Source: Vicugna vicugna
Lineage: Eukaryota
DNA: 64,000 bases
Assembly: GCA_013265495.1 (NCBI GenBank)
Contig: MU057555.1
Coordinates: 1 to 64,000, forward strand
Direction: 5' to 3'
In this document: positions 1 through 13,314 of the stretch, in pieces
How positions within the stretch are numbered: the first letter of the stretch is position 1
How the letters are laid out: every line of letters starts with the position of its first letter
Made by a program: the position numbers and the translations under genes
Notes under the pieces: model-generated
Databases searched by the model: none
What the model saw: only the letters and a program-made list of their open reading frames with translations
What the model was told of the DNA's origin: nothing

Positions 1-500
1 AAAAAAAAAAAAAACCCAAAAGCGAGAGCCCGGCCTTCTGTCACCTGACTGAGTGGGAAAGAGGGTGAAGGGGTCAGTGGGGTCGGGGTGCAGGATGCCC
101 CATGTAGCTTTTAACCCTAATGTGGCTGAGACCACCACCTTATTTGTGCTAACAAGAAGTGTTTTGTTCCTTATTACTGTGATTAACATTAGCATTGGTG
201 TCGATAACAAAGCTGAAATCACATTTAGGATTTAGATCTGATTTAAAAAAATGCTGGGGTGGATGTTCCAATTGGAGCAGGAGAAAAGGGAATGAAAACA
301 GCCTGGGGAGGGGGAAGCCAAATCCGTTTCCTCGCTGGCTTGTGGATGTCATGTTCTCTCTTCTTGGGGGTGGCCAAAAACCTCCTGGTGTCGGGGTGTG
401 AGGTGGCCCCCGCATGCCCTGCCTGTGCGTCCACAGGCATTCGTGCAGACTGGACACCGTGCCGGGGCGAGCTGACACGAGTTCGAGGCTGCGATAGAAC

Positions 501-551
501 ATGGAGATGTCATGGGCGCGACAGAGCCTGGCGGGGATACCAGCAGCGTGT
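501..551 (+). CDS. NFIX: NFIX alternative first coding exon (coding part), MEMSWARQSLAGIPAAC
   Basis: ATG at 501, 17 codons, then GT (gtgtgt) at 552; phase 0 joins in frame to exon 2 (DEFHPF). The peptide matches an NFIX isoform N-terminus as I recall it; the donor is weak. Confidence 0.75.
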
Positions 552-689
552 GTGTGTGGACGGCAACGTTGTCTGTGCGCGCGTGTGTGTGAGTGAGTGA
601 GGGAGAGAGAGAGAGAATAGGTGTGTGCTCAGGCTCTGGGTGTCTCTGTCTGGCTGCTGAGGCTGAGATGGGAGCGAGCGGCTGGCTAG

Positions 690-1745
<1,056 letters not shown>

Positions 1746-2761
1746 TGAGAGCTTGTGATAAACACCACCACCACCACCAAAATATATATATATATGTATA
1801 TCACTCTTTGCTCAGATTGAAAGTGAGTCAGAAGTAGTACTGGGGGTCAGGTGCTGGCTTTCCTGCAGCTTCCCCGCAAGTCCTGGGGGAAAGCTGGATT
1901 TGGCAGAAGCGGGATGGGCAGCGGTTTGCGGAGAGAGGGGCAAGTAAAACCTCCGGATATGAGACAGAATGAATAGAAAAGAGGAGAGAAAGCAGAGGCG
2001 GGCAGATTCTGGGGCCCAGATGCACAGGCAGGAGCTGCTTTGGCTGGAGTCTGGCTGTCGGAGAGGAGAGAAGTCATTTGATTTCAGAGAGTGAAAACGA
2101 GCACGAGATTCCTTGCACTCTTCCCCTTCACCTCCCCTCCATGTTTCAGCTGAAGTGTCAAGACCCCGGGATGGGTGCCCTCAGCTCCCTGCAGCACTGC
2201 TGGGGGGCAGAGAGACTCTCCCCAGCATAGGCACGCCAGGGAGTGGTGTTGCTGTGGAAGAGGTCTTAGAGAAACAAACAAACAATCAAAACTCTGTAAA
2301 AATCTCCTTTTCCTTTTGTGTTCCAAGGAGTTCCAGGTCTGCTCTTTGCTTTTCCAATTTCACCCTGCATTTTGGGTTGTGGTGGTTCAGTTCTCCTCCT
2401 CTGTTCCTTTTTTTTCCCCCTACCCTTTCCCTTTTTATAATTTCTTTCCGCTTTTGTTTTCTTACAAATTGAAACAGAGATGGCTGGTTAATTTTTAGCC
2501 TCCACTCAGCTACGCCCAATTTACTGCCGCCTTTGAAACCTAAACGGGCGGCACTCTGTGATTAAGCAAGGCAGAAGTGTGTTTACATTATGCCCAACCA
2601 ACTTGTAATGAGAGGGCTACCAAACCTTTCTCTGTGTGTGTGTGTTTTTTTCATTCCCACCATTCCGTATTTTTTCCTCCTTTTTCTCTTTTTTCTCTCT
2701 TTGTGCGAATGCAAGAGAGTGTGGCTTAACTTCAACTCTAGTGAATGTTCTTTCCCGAAAA

Positions 2762-2782
2762 TGTGTGTGTGTGTGTGCTCGC

Positions 2783-2822
<40 letters not shown>
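2762..2822 (+). repeat. (TG)n microsatellite, interrupted
   Basis: Read directly from the sequence. Confidence 0.95.
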
Positions 2823-2824
<2 letters not shown>

Positions 2825-4859
2825 CTTCCTTCCTGTTCATTCACAAAAAAGAAAAGCAACTCACTTTTCTGCTTTGGTCACCTCCTTGCCTGTTTGGAAA
2901 GTTGGGAGGAGAGGCGTGACTTAATCCAGAAGGGAAATTTTGGGGAGCTTTCAGCATTGCATCAGGAACGGAACCTCGAAAGGGATTAGCACTGAGAGTT
3001 TGTATGTTGGAGAGCTCTGGAGAGAAAATGGTAATATTTGAGGCCTCTCCTCTTGTTCATTCTCTCATTCTGAGAGGTGGCTTTGGTAGTTGGTTGGAGG
3101 CAGTGGACACCCCCTACCCCTCCCTACCTCCCTCCAGGGATCTTTCTAGGCCTGTACCTGGTCCTGTGTCACTATCATAATCCCTCAAGAAGAATGACCA
3201 ACTGCCAGTCCTCTTCCTCCTTCATTCTTTTTCTTTCCAGAAAAGAGACTAAAGAAAAAATTTAAAGTTATTCCCTCATTTTCTGTCTACACAGCAAATC
3301 AGAGTGGGGAGGGTGTATGCTTGGTGGTATTGGAGGTGGCTTGGGGCAGGCTTGGAGCCTTGAGGTTGTGTCTGTCAGCTCCTCTGAGGGGATTCTGTAC
3401 TGTCGGATTTTAGAACTAGGGCCTCTGAGACGAAATCAATACTCATCTTCCTTCTAAGCTGGCTTCCTCCTACCTTGCTCTGTAGCTGGATCCCTGTAGC
3501 TGAGCTCTTTCCCTGGCCTCTTTTATTTTAGGCCGTATTTTTTACTGCTACCAGCATGGGGCTGAGGTAGGATGAAGTATGTGTGATGGAGACCATTTCC
3601 TGGCCCGCCATCTGGCTCCTGGACTGATCAGGCAGGTGTCAGAAGAAGGGAGGCACCCCCATTTGTGCCCTAGACATAATGAGATCATTTGCCCAGTAAT
3701 AGGAGTGAATTCATGTCCCACTGCATGCAGCCATGGCCACCTCTGCCCCAGCTGAGGCTTAGTTCCTTGACAAAAGCTGAGTAGAGAACTGAGGATGTTT
3801 TCATATAATGTGTCTATAGTTCAAGTCCCTGGACTCCAGATAGTTTCAATGAAGGTAGGATTTTTGTTGCTGGACTTGCTTTAATTCTTACTTACTGAAG
3901 GGGTGGGGGTGAGTTGGTGTGGCATGGGCCACCAGTGGGTCTTGGGTAGGTGGTCTCGAGATGGTGTGGAGTAGGCATGGCTTCCTCTCCAGGCTACCCT
4001 GGTTTGCTAGAAGATGTTTTCTGTCTGAGCCCCCGAACAGTGTCAGTCCAACAGCACAGCCTCTATCTATTCCACACACAGACGTAGGGTGCTTTGCACC
4101 TTCCTTCCAGTATAAACTGGGGTAACAAGGGCTCAGAGAGAGTTGCTTTGGACTCTACAAGAAGTACTTTTCTTCCCGTCAAACTGGGCTGAAGAACCTG
4201 ATGTGGGCTGAACTGGCTGTGCCGGGTTTGATGACAAGTGGGGACGTGGCTTTACCTCCATCCAGGCACCGTCAGCCTCCATCTGTGGCCCTTGTGGGTC
4301 CTTGTTTTGTCCCACATGAAGTTTTAAGAGGTGGCATGGTTGAGGAGTAAAGGACATGTGTGTGATGTCAGGAGCTCCACTCTCAGAATCTGGGGTCCTA
4401 AAAGGGTGGACGTGAGGGTGGCCTTCTGCTGGGAAAGAATCTCTCTCTGTGTCTGTTCCATTTAGGAGGGGAGGTTGAGGCGGAGCAGGGTCAGAGAGCA
4501 CTGCCATGGGGAGGAGTTAGTACATTCCTGGTAATGTCCTTCCATCCAAAGAGGGTATCCTAGGGCAATGACTGGAGTCAGAGGGGAGCATGGGGCCAAG
4601 AGGAAGGATGCTTACGTGAGGAAGGATGGCTGAACTATTCTCAAGCACAGCTAGATTATCTTTAAAGCTTCTACAGGGATCTGAAGGTTGAGCCGGCGTC
4701 TTCAAACCTTCTCTAACTTAGGCCTCTGTCCTAGGAAAGAAAAAAAATCTGAAAGTAATAAAATGCTTTACTGAATGGAAATATCAGCATCTCCCTGTCA
4801 GATCCCTCCAACAGGCCCACAGTGGAGGCCCGTGAAGTCCAGGTATTCAACTGGCGCCT

Positions 4860-5350
4860 TTTTTCATCTCAGCCTTTTCATTACAGAGAAATTTACATGT
4901 AGAAGGAACCCCCATCACCAGTTCCAACTTACGGCCAGTTTCAGTTCATCTGTAGCCTCTGCTGCCCACCTGCATTGGGTTGTTCAGAAGGAAATCCAAG
5001 CACCGTAGCCTTTCATTTGTGAATATTTGTGTACATGTCTCTAAAGATGAGGACTCCTGAAGAACATAACCACAACATCACTATCACACCTAAAATAAGA
5101 ATCAACAGTTTCTTTAGTATGGTCAGATAGCTGGTCAGTGTTCACATTTTCCTAATTGTCTCCTAATTCTGTTTGTCTGGATCAGGATCCAGATCAGGTC
5201 CACGCATTGCAGTGGGTTGCTCCATCTTTCAAGACTCATAATTTCTAAGTGGTCCTCCTCCTCCTTCTTCATCTTGGTTTTTTCCTGGCAGTTTTTGGGT
5301 TGTTTTTGTGGAATGAACCTGTAGGATTTATCCCGTAGGATTTTCCAGTC
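4860..5350 (-). mobile_element. Ancient L1 (L1MC-like) 3' fragment
   Basis: AT-rich tract with aacataaccacaacatcactatcacacctaaaa...tcagtgttcacattttcc...ggatcaggatcca...cattgcagtgggttg, typical of old L1 3' UTRs. Confidence 0.55.
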
Positions 5351-6429
5351 TGGATGCTACAGGCTGTGTTCTGCTGGGTTGTTCAGTGTGCTGCTCTGAA
5401 AAGAGATTCTGCCTCCCTCCTCGCCTCCAGGTCCTCGAACAGCTGGGCCTTTCCTGTCGCAGGAAATGGATTAGCACCTGAGGATTTATCTAAAGTGAAC
5501 TTTTTCAAGTGCAAGGTCGTCCTTCTCAGGTATATGAGCTCCCTCGTTTCCCCTGTCTGCTTCCTCAGCAGTGGAGGGCATTGCTCTGCCATGTCAGCCC
5601 TGCCAAGATATGGCCAATGTCAGTGATGCCCCTCAAGCTTTTCCTGGATGCCTGGCCCATCTGGTGGCTCTGGTGCAACTATGGAAGGGGCCACAGGAGC
5701 TCCTGTCACTCTCTTGGGGGTCCTAACCCCTCCTGAGGCCTCTGTGCCATCTCACCCGTGCCTCTTTTTCTTTAGGGCCAGAAATGCCACTGGTCTGCGT
5801 TTTTGAGGCAGTGCGATCTGGTGCCAGGGCTGTTGAAGATGACAGGGCCCAGTTACCGGATTCCTAAAATTAACAAGATTTACCAATGTAGGGTTAGGTG
5901 CCCTTTAGAGCATCCCAGAAGAGTTGTCACTGTTGGTCAAAGGTCAGCTTTGGTCATTGTAAAATTCTTTGATTCATCTAATGCAGAGGATGGTTAAAGG
6001 GATTAAACCAGCTACTACGTAAAGATACCGGCACATAGCAGGCAAGCAGTGGACAGCAGCTGCTACGATTACGATTGATTGCTGTGATTCCATGAGCCCA
6101 AGGATGTCTCCCTATCACCTTTACCTGCTGGTATTATTTTTGCCTTAAGGTACGACCCAGATGAGAGCTAATTTTTCTGTAACACGGCAGCCTTTCAAAT
6201 GCCGAAAACAGCTCTCACGATTCTTTTCCACCCCTCTTCCCAGGAAGCTGTCCCTTCTCCAGGCCAGACGCTGCCAGTCTCTCATGCCTCCCACATTCGA
6301 TGTGGCTCCTTGCATCCTTGCCATTTTGGTCACCACCCCCTGGAGGCCCTCTTAAACGGGAGCCTTTGACATTGAACACAGAAACTCTAGGTTCGATCAG
6401 ATCCCGCGGTAGCTACATGATTCGCCGGG

Positions 6430-6585
6430 CCTTCAAGCTATATGATTTGTGGGGCTCGGTGCAAAATGAAAATGAGGGGCTCCTAGTTCAAAATGATTAG
6501 GAATTACAATGAGACAATAGATCACTAAACCAAGCGCAGGGTCTGTGTGACTGTCCAGGTTGCACACCTGTGAAGCTGGCCCAGG
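6430..6585 (-). mobile_element. MER45A-like hAT-Tip100 element
   Basis: ggggctcggtgcaaaatgaaaatgaggggctcctagttcaaaa...gtgactgtccaggttgcacacctgtgaagctggcc. Confidence 0.7.
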
Positions 6586-9554
6586 CTACCTTTGCTGTTA
6601 ATGTGACACGGGGTGCCTGGTTCTGGGGTGAAAGGGTGATGTGGCTCAGGCTGGCTTTGTGGGGGATGTGACCCCAAAGAGGAGATCAGAAATGCCCAGA
6701 CCCAGTCCTTGCATTCTGGGACTCCCTTGACCATCTGCTGTCATCTCCTTTGTCCACAGCACGTCTGCCCAACTAGTCAGGGGTTCCCACTGGCTGCGAT
6801 GTGCAGGGGGTCTTGGTGGAGTGCTCACTCTGATGGTTGAATTGGAAGCTGTAGCTCAAGGGGAAAAAGAACCACTGTTGTCTGAGCTTGAGCTGGCAGA
6901 GTTCAGGCCTGTGAATAAGCTGGAGGGGACCTGGGAGGCCGAGCATGGTGACCAGCTGTGCTCCACTGCCCGCCCAGAGGAAACAGGGCCACTCTATCGC
7001 AGGAGGGCTGGGATCCAGACGTGCAGAAGGACTTCCTGAGGATTCGGTTTACTTTTTGGCACTGCCAGAGGATGGTTGAATTTCCTTTATTCATGAAATA
7101 CACACTTGGTGAACCTACTGTAAGCAAGGCCCTTCTAAGAATGAGAGACTCCTGCACATGGCCCACAGGGTTTGGGTGGAGGCCTCGTGATAACTTCTAG
7201 AAGGTACCGTCCTGTAGATGTGAACGTTCAGCAATCCATGCAGGAGGCGAGGGAACACCCAGCAGGGCTTCACTGGGGGCTGCTCCCGGTGGGCCATGAA
7301 GAAGGAGGCAAGGCCCATCTCAGCCACCTTCTAGAGTTGCAGGGGCCTGGGATGCTGTGGAAGGATAGGCCCGAGGGGTGGAAGGCTGTGCCATGGTCTG
7401 TCTCTGTTCTGCAACAGCTGGCCAGAGAGGGCACAGCTAAACATCCCCCTTTCTGCCCTGGGAAGAAGGTGTCTCCCTCCCCACCCCTTTTTCTCTTTGC
7501 CCTGTCAGTCCCACCCCCACCCCACCCCCCGTCTCAGGAGCTGCCACGCTTCAGTTATTTTATCCTTCAGTGTCCGATTCAGAAGTCCTTTCAAAGGCCC
7601 CAGCAGTGTCAGCGCGGTGCTCGCACAAAAGGCCTCTTTGATTTCTTGTTTGTTTTCATTTGCCAGTGGAGGGGGAGGGGGCAGGAGAGAAAGAGCTTCT
7701 GGGTTTTAAAATTTTTATTTGGGTTGCTTCATTCTCAGAGGAGTTGGCTCCCTGGAACTCTTTTCTGAGTTGGGGGCTCGGAGGCGAGAGGCAGCCTTCT
7801 GGGGAGAAGCCTGGGGCAGAAGGTGGGGGCTGCCTCCTGAAGCACGACTATGAGGTTTGGGGGCTTAGAATATAGTTGTTGATTCACCTTCAAACTTTCT
7901 GTGCTAAGCCTGAGGGTAGGAAGGGTCAAGTTGGAGCCATGGTGCTTGGGAAGAGAATGATCTGAAGTGCCTGGCACTGGCCTCATCACAGCTGTAGGAT
8001 TTGAGCAGTCCTGAACTTTGACTTTGCCATTTTCCCTTTATCATTCCAGATTCTGCCATTTCCCTCTTGGCTGGATAGGAAGAGGGGTGGGGCCCTTTTA
8101 ACTCCACACACTTCTTGGAAATTCTTAGCACCTTGAAATATAGGCTGGGGCTCCCCACTCTCCATCAGGGGAGTAGAGAGGTGAGAGGCCTACCTAGCAG
8201 CTAGGCGTCCTGCTGGCAGTGGTGCGCAGGCCCGGGAGGAACTTGCTTGCTCTCTCACCCGGTGCCTCTCATCTCCCCATGGGGACTGACTTGGGAGACG
8301 CTGCAGCGTAGGCATCCCTCCCAGAGGACCTGGCCCATGGCTCATGGAGGACTTTGAGGGCAGGCCGGTCTTGCCAAGGCCTGACACACAGGGAATTGAG
8401 TCTGAAAGGAGATGGAGGACCACCTGTGCCCTTGGTTTGGGACAAGGGACACCCGACCAGCACCTTTGGGGTGCAAACTTTAAGCACACGTGGGCACGAA
8501 CCAGCATATCAGTAAGAAAGGGTACAGCCCGTCGATCGTTGTGCTTGTGTGGGAGCCTGATTGCCAGGGCTGGGGAAGAGCGCCGGGAAGCGAGGCTTGG
8601 GCAGGTGGTCACAGGCGTCAGCAACAGGGAAGTGTGCCCACTGGGTGAGGGGGGCTCCGCAGGGCCTGGTTGGCAGACGGAAGGAGGAGGCTGGGGGGCT
8701 GAGAGATAGATAAATATAGCTGATGGCATTTCTCATGATAGGTTTTTCTTGGCACTGAGGGCACCATGGCAAACAGTACGACAAACGCCTGGCCCTGCAG
8801 GCCGCCGTCGCCATTTTAAGCATGTTTGAGCTGAAGAGTTGTTGGCATTAGAAGAGGGTCCCAGCAGGCGGAGGGGCTGCAGCAGGGAGGTTTGGCTGGT
8901 CTGGACCTTGCCCGCTGGATACCTGGGTTCCTTATTTTGTATGGAAATTTAATATCTGATTTTCTGGCCCTTTGGGGATTTAAAAAAATATTTGGGGATT
9001 GCCCTTTGTGGGCCTGTCTCCCAAGTGATTTGTCCCCCTACTGGCCATCATGGCCTGTCTGTGGGGGGATGTTCTGGCTCTTCTCTTTACTTTGGATGTC
9101 TTAATGACCCGGCATGCCACTGCCCCAGGATCAGGGCCATTGTTTGCTGTTAATTTGGGGAACATCCAACAACTTAAGGTTTGTCCAGGTTCCTGAAAAA
9201 TTTTTGTTTCCTGTCGATGGAGGAGAGGGCACACTCGTGGTCTCCATCCCCGGCTTTAATTCCATTTTTTCGTTGAAGGCCCAATATGGCCGAGGCACCG
9301 TGTTGAGTCCCGTTCATGTGTTAACCACCCAACTTCTTATACCAGTTCTAGTTTTAAACCCTCGTTCCTGGCTCTGTGTGTGTGTGTGTGCACATAGGTG
9401 ACACACACAGCGGTCTCTGTGTGTAAAGAATTGGTGACCCAGACTCAGGGACCTGGGAGACTTCCTGGAAGATGACCTGCTTGAACTGTACCTTGAAAGA
9501 CAGTGAGGAATTAGCTCGTTTTTGTCAGCTGGCTGAGTCTTTTCAGCCTGCTGA

Positions 9555-9720
9555 GAGCTGATTCCCTCCTCACAATGGTTGAGTGATATAGGCAGGGCAG
9601 GTATTGTCCCCACTGTACAGAGAAGGGAACCCAAGTACAGAGACATCCAGGTACTTGGGTCACACGATGAGTTTCCAGCAGAAGGACCCCAAGTTTCAGG
9701 TCACTGAGCTCCTCGGCTTC
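9555..9720 (-). mobile_element. Degenerate MIR SINE
   Basis: gtattgtccccactgtacagagaagggaacccaagtacagaga...acttgggtcacac resembles the MIR core. Confidence 0.45.
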
Positions 9721-10479
9721 CCTCTGCGGGCCTTGCTGCTCCTGAACTTCACCAGGATTGCTGGCCTTGGCGGAATCTCAGAGGAGAAAGCCTTGCAGGT
9801 TCCCATGTCTCCCTTGCTCTCTAGGAGCTGAGACAGAGGGGCTGGAGCCCAGCCTGTGGCTCAGCTCAAGGGCTCCCCCAGCCGCATGTGGGGCGGAAAC
9901 AGAGAGCGTGAACCTGGCTTGTCCTTGACCCTGGTCTCCCTTCCCACCGGCCAGCCCCTGCCTTTGACCTGAAAGGCGGTGTGCTAGTATAGGTGGGGAA
10001 AGGTCGGCTGGACGCCCTCTCCCTGCTGTGGCCGGCTCAGCTTCCTGGCACCCTTTCCTGGAGCATGGGGTGGGCAGACAGACTGTTCAGGAAGTCCAGG
10101 TGTGCACAGCCAGGCGGGCTCAGCTGGATCTTGGGATCCCTGATCCTTGCTCTGTCACGCCCTTTTCCTGGGAGTCTGCTTAGAATTGTAGTTTGAAATA
10201 AAAATGAATGTAATTATCCTAATTAACCAGATGATCGCTGGAAGTTTTGCAGTAATCTGCTCTTCATTGCCTTTTATGCTCCTGAATTCACGTAGATGCT
10301 CACTCTTACCCCTTTCTTAAAGTTTGAAAACTTTGGGGCTGAGTGAATAAAAACTCTCCCAACATTCTCAAGGCAGCTGGGTTGTGGGAGAGGCTAACTT
10401 ACTGCCAGAGATTTTCCTGTTTCTGTGGCTAGTAAGGTAGGAACTTAACCTCTTAGCCATTGATATCAGCTCCCATAGA

Positions 10480-10690
10480 GCAGGGTTTCCAAACCATGGT
10501 GCTGCTGCCTTTTGGGCCAGATCACTCTGTGTCATGGAAGACATCCTGTGCATTGTAGGGTGGTTAGCCATATCTCTGGCCTCAACCCACTAGTTGCAAC
10601 CCCCACCCCAGGTGTGACAACCAAAATATTTTCAGACATTTCCAAGTGTCCCTGGGGACAGAACTGCTCCAGCTGAGACCCTCTGACCTG
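10480..10690 (-). mobile_element. MER20-like hAT-Charlie DNA transposon
   Basis: gtgacaaccaaaatattttcagacatttccaagtgtccctgggg is the reverse complement of the MER20 core. Confidence 0.8.
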
Positions 10691-12270
10691 TAAGAAACAG
10701 AGGGGTTCAGACAGAATATACCCCTTGTTCACCTCTTGCCTCTCCTCCAGTTTAGGACCCTATTTACCTTTTCTAATGTGGCAACAGAACCTCTGATCCC
10801 TGGCTGTTCCCTTGCATGTCCTTTTCCATTTTCCTCTTTCTGGGCAGAAGCTCCTGGGGCTGAAACCATCTGGGGGCTCCTCTTCCCCATAGGAATCATG
10901 ACTCCCCCTCCGTGTCTCCTACTGAACGTTCCTCCTGATGTATTGCACTGTGGTCTCTCTGTGTGCCAGGGCTCTGCTGATCTGAGGTCTGGACCAGGGG
11001 ATCTGGTACTCAGCTGACCCAGGCCTATGTGGTGATCCAGTGACCCCATCAGGCCCATCTCAGACCCCAAAGAGCAGCAGACATTTGTTTCTGCAGCATG
11101 GGATGCAGAGATTAGAAGTGTTGCCTGAGCCTCAGCCCTACTCTTTTTTAAAGAGGTATTTGATTTTTCTTATTACTGTAGTGAAACACACTCTATAAAA
11201 AATTCAAATAGAGAAATGTAAGAGACAGACAGGCTCCCCACACCACCCTCCTGCACCAGAGAGAAGCTCACTTCCCAGATCCATGTAGGTTCTTCTATTT
11301 TTTCCATTAATTAACTTTTCATCAAATACTTTTAAATACAGCGATATCTATTTTAAGAGCAGTTTGGGCTAATTGAATTGGCTCCATGGAGTGCCACTGT
11401 GGTCTTAACTTTTCCCATCCCCTGCCCATTCCACCCATGTCCCCTGTCACCCCAGGTGCAGAGCTTATGTCCCTGTCTTCTTTTCCTCTGAGGTGACAGC
11501 TTTTGTTCGTCCATGCTGGGAGCAGGGTGACCAGTAGAACATGTGTTAGTGTCTGAGCAGCCAGGATCCTTCTCTGGGGCATTCCTGCTGGTGGTATAAC
11601 CCCGGTGGCAGAAGTCAGGGCACTGCCAAAGGCCTGGCCACCACGGGGTGTTGAGGGAAGGAGGAGCCACTAAGAAGTGGCCTGCTTGGCTGTGCCTCGC
11701 TTGGCCCCAGCCCCTTGCCTCTTTCCAGCTCTTTCCTGGAGGGCCAGGGTGCTCCTCTGTGTGGGGCCAACCCTCTGCCAACTGGCCTGGTGTCCGGGAG
11801 GCTCTTCTAGACCCTACTGGCTCCTTCCAGGGGTGACTGCTGCTGCTGCTTTTTCCTTTTCTTGAAATGGAGAGGGAAGTATCCCTCAGCCTTCCAGGAT
11901 TTATCCTATCATAATTCTTTGTGTCAGGCTTAAAGATATGGCAGAGAGGAATGTTATCTCCAGGCCAGGGGCACAGACAAGACAGGAAGAAGGAATCTGG
12001 AAAGAGCTTTGCAGCTGGGTCTATTGGTCTAGGGTAGGCTGTGGATGACAGCTGGGAGTAGGGTGACACCTGGTGATTCTTCTGGACTGGGTAGAGTGCT
12101 CGGAGAGATTAGGAGATCCCTGGAGATGGCCTGCAGGAGGTCTACCATGTGCAGCCCTTGGGGAGTGTGTCCTTATTATGCCTGTAGATTATATCCCCAT
12201 TAGTGCATAATTATTATGTAATGGGCGTTATTGCATAATGGCAGTTATATAACACGTGGCCCAGAATACG

Positions 12271-12298
<28 letters not shown>
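12271..12298 (+). repeat. (GT)n microsatellite
   Basis: Read directly from the sequence. Confidence 0.95.
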
Positions 12299-12302
<4 letters not shown>

Positions 12303-13193
12303 AGGGTATATCCTCTGGCTATAAATAGTCACCAGCCCTGCACAGAATCTGTGGTCACACCAGAGCCACCTTATAAATACCCAGCGCTGGGCTATAAATT
12401 TCTGAGCTGTGATGTAGGCAGGCATGATACCTAGTTAGGGAGTGGTGGGAGGGACATGCAGCCCCACCCAGCCACATGACATCATTGTTTCCGTAGTAAC
12501 GAGACGGCTCCCTGAGGGACCAAAGGAAGAGAGGCCTTTAGAGGGAGGAGGCAAATGGATAGAAAGCTTGGGGTGGGGAATGCTGAGCTAGGGGCTGACC
12601 AGGTGGTCTGCCCTGTGCAGAGGACTCTCAGGTGTTAAACCAGCACCAGGGCAGGAAACTCCTTCATCCCCTCTTTAGAGGGTCTCAGGTCCCTTCTCTG
12701 TGACTAGCAGGTCATGTGAGACTCAGCCAAGTGTTGAGGAGAACAGGGGAGCCAAATGGCTTCTCCCCATTGTTCCGTTTCCCAGGTGATCTCTCTGTGT
12801 CTCTGGGGCCACTTGCTGAGGGGGAGTTGAACATGGGCAAACTAGAGCTGTGCACCCCAGTCATGTCCTCCCCGGGGTGGGGCTGTTTCCCCTACCAGAC
12901 GTTTTAGGTCAATTTCGGCCTTAGTAATATAAGAAGTATGTGAGCAATTCGGCATGTGTCTGAGAGAGCCTCGTGGAAGTCATGGTGCTGGGAGATGGTG
13001 CCCAGAAGAAAGACGGGACAAGAATAGTATTTTGGCCCCAGAGGAAGCTGTCGGGTGGGATGTGATCTTTAGGCATACGAGAGGTAGTTTCGTATAGGAT
13101 GGTGAAGAGCTACTATTCACATCCTGGGGTGGGGGTGCGTAGGAAATGCGTTTTGATGGCAGGTGGGGGGATTGAAGTTAGTTGGGAGGGAAG

Positions 13194-13311
13194 AAGGGTG
13201 GGTGGCCAGCTCATCCCAGTTTGCCCAGCAGTTTCCTGGTTTTAGCACTGAAAGTCCCTTTTCCCTGGAAACCTCTTTGTCTCCTGAACATCAGGATGGT
13301 TGGTCATCCTA
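13194..13311 (+). mobile_element. MER81-like short hAT element
   Basis: Degenerate inverted termini (gggtggccagctcatccc ... ggatggttggtcatccta) with the internal motif ggttttagcactgaaagtccc. Confidence 0.65.
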
Positions 13312-13314
13312 GAA

